Below, in pieces: positions 63,261-64,000 of a DNA stretch of 64,000 nucleotides. Location: the NCBI GenBank assembly GCA_045119135.1, contig JBGVCY010000052.1, forward strand, positions 3,621 to 67,620, given 5' to 3'. The notes below the pieces were generated by a model, which was given only the letters and a program-made list of their open reading frames with translations, did no database searches and had not been told where the DNA came from. Within the stretch, counting starts at the first letter, position 1. Each line of letters starts with the position of its first letter. A program made the translations under genes and the position numbers. Source of the DNA: Eubacteriales bacterium. Lineage in GTDB: Bacteria; Bacillota; Clostridia; Oscillospirales; CAG-272.

Positions 63261-63855
63261 GTTGGAATTTCTCAATCAGCTTCGGGCAAAGCTTGTTGGC
63301 TTGCCCCGGCAAGATGCCGAAGAGCGCCTTGCTTTTTACGGCGAGATGATCGACGACCGCATTGAAGACGGTCTCACCGAGGAAGAAGCGGTTTTGGATA
63401 TTGGCTCGGTGGATGAAATATACGAGCAGATCATAGCCGATATTCCGTTTACCAAAATCGCAAAGGAACGCATCAAGCCGAAAAGACGACTGCTGGCGTG
63501 GGAGATCGTGCTGTTGGTGCTTGGCTCTCCGATATGGCTTTCGCTGGCGATCGCCGCATTTGCTATCATACTTTCACTTTACGTGGTGCTGTGGTCCCTG
63601 ATCGTTTCTGTATGGGCTGTTTTCGTTTCGCTTGTTGCTTGTGTCATCGGCGGAGCCGCGGCAGGCGTTATACTCGCCATTACGGGTAACGGTTTTATGG
63701 GAATTGCCATGGTCAGTGCGGGTGTTGTCTGTGCGGGGCTTGCCATCCTCTTATTCTTTGGATGCAAGGCGGCAACCAAAGGCACCCTACTGCTGACAAG
63801 AAAAATGGCTTTGGGTACAAAAAAATGTTTTGTGAGAAAGGAGAAGGCGCAATGA
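63253..63855 (+). CDS. DUF1700-type membrane protein (PadR-associated)
   Basis: MRKLEFLNQLRAKLVGLPRQDAEERLAFYGEMIDDRIEDGLTEEEAV, then TM helices. The second ATG is favoured by RBS spacing. Confidence 0.82.
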   Translation: MRKLEFLNQLRAKLVGLPRQDAEERLAFYGEMIDDRIEDGLTEEEAVLDIGSVDEIYEQIIADIPFTKIAKERIKPKRRLLAWEIVLLVLGSPIWLSLAIAAFAIILSLYVVLWSLIVSVWAVFVSLVACVIGGAAAGVILAITGNGFMGIAMVSAGVVCAGLAILLFFGCKAATKGTLLLTRKMALGTKKCFVRKEKAQ

Positions 63856-64000
63856 GCAAACACATAAAAATATGGCTTGTAGCAGCCATCTTACTCCTCG
63901 TGCTTGGATGCATCCTTTTTATCGGCACAATGTCCGTGTTGAAATGGGATTTTGCCGCATTATCAACAAGCAAATACGAAACAAACACTTATGAAATTAC
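63852..64000 (+). CDS. Membrane-anchored protein, probably the DUF4097-type third gene of the padR operon; partial, runs off the right edge
   Basis: Manual translation: MSKHIKIWLVAAILLLVLGCILFIGTMSVLKWDFAALSTSKYETNTYEI. ATGA overlap with the previous gene. Confidence 0.55.
   Translation, partial: MSKHIKIWLVAAILLLVLGCILFIGTMSVLKWDFAALSTSKYETNTYEI

Noticed and set aside
1-64000. CRISPR arrays, rRNA genes, transposases, integrases, reverse transcriptases, restriction-modification or known defence-system genes
   Set aside because: Reading all track ORFs and all intergenic regions by eye, I saw no evenly spaced short repeats and none of these protein signatures. Absence is based on manual inspection only.

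Overview
GC-rich Firmicutes/Clostridia-type chromosomal segment. The likely source is a sporulating Oscillospiraceae/Ruminococcaceae-like gut anaerobe, inferred from gene content and repeat type, not from any search. Most of the window is densely packed housekeeping. This includes hemW(partial)-glyA, a yhaO/yhaN-like repair pair, and dapA-dapB behind a lysine riboswitch. It also includes queA, miaA, the yggS-sepF-yggT-ylmH-ileS-lspA-rluD division-distal cluster, a type III glutamine synthetase, alr-luxS-mtnN, a dCMP deaminase, holA, and one tRNA-Gly(CCC). I found no rRNA, CRISPR array, transposase or integrase by eye. Candidate or likely leader RNAs were recognised by hand: lysine riboswitch (dapA), glycine riboswitch (Na+/alanine-glycine symporter), and a candidate cobalamin riboswitch (DUF4430 lipoprotein/ECF S-component operon). 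Many operons carry near-perfect TTGACA-17-TATAAT promoters and strong, often bidirectional, hairpin terminators. Several regions deserve a second look. (1) A four-gene operon couples three SPFH/band-7 paralogs to a P1B ATPase that lacks a metal-binding domain (30.3-36.3 kb). (2) A 619-bp two-gene cassette (XRE regulator plus small helical protein, with three perfect CACAAATTTGTG operators) is bracketed by a perfect 64-bp direct repeat. That repeat duplicates a terminator and the 3' end of an AraC gene (43.1-43.9 kb). (3) A palindrome-capped, highly structured intergenic repeat family has copies at 20.4 kb and 37.1 kb. (4) A three-gene operon encodes small proteins of unknown function next to an orphan spoIIIAH-like gene. 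(5) A second XRE plus 50-aa ORF module sits beside the tRNA. (6) guaA is present only as a stand-alone ATP-pyrophosphatase subunit. (7) A padR gene has an out-of-frame ATG. All product calls come from reading the supplied translations and the DNA. No database search was run.
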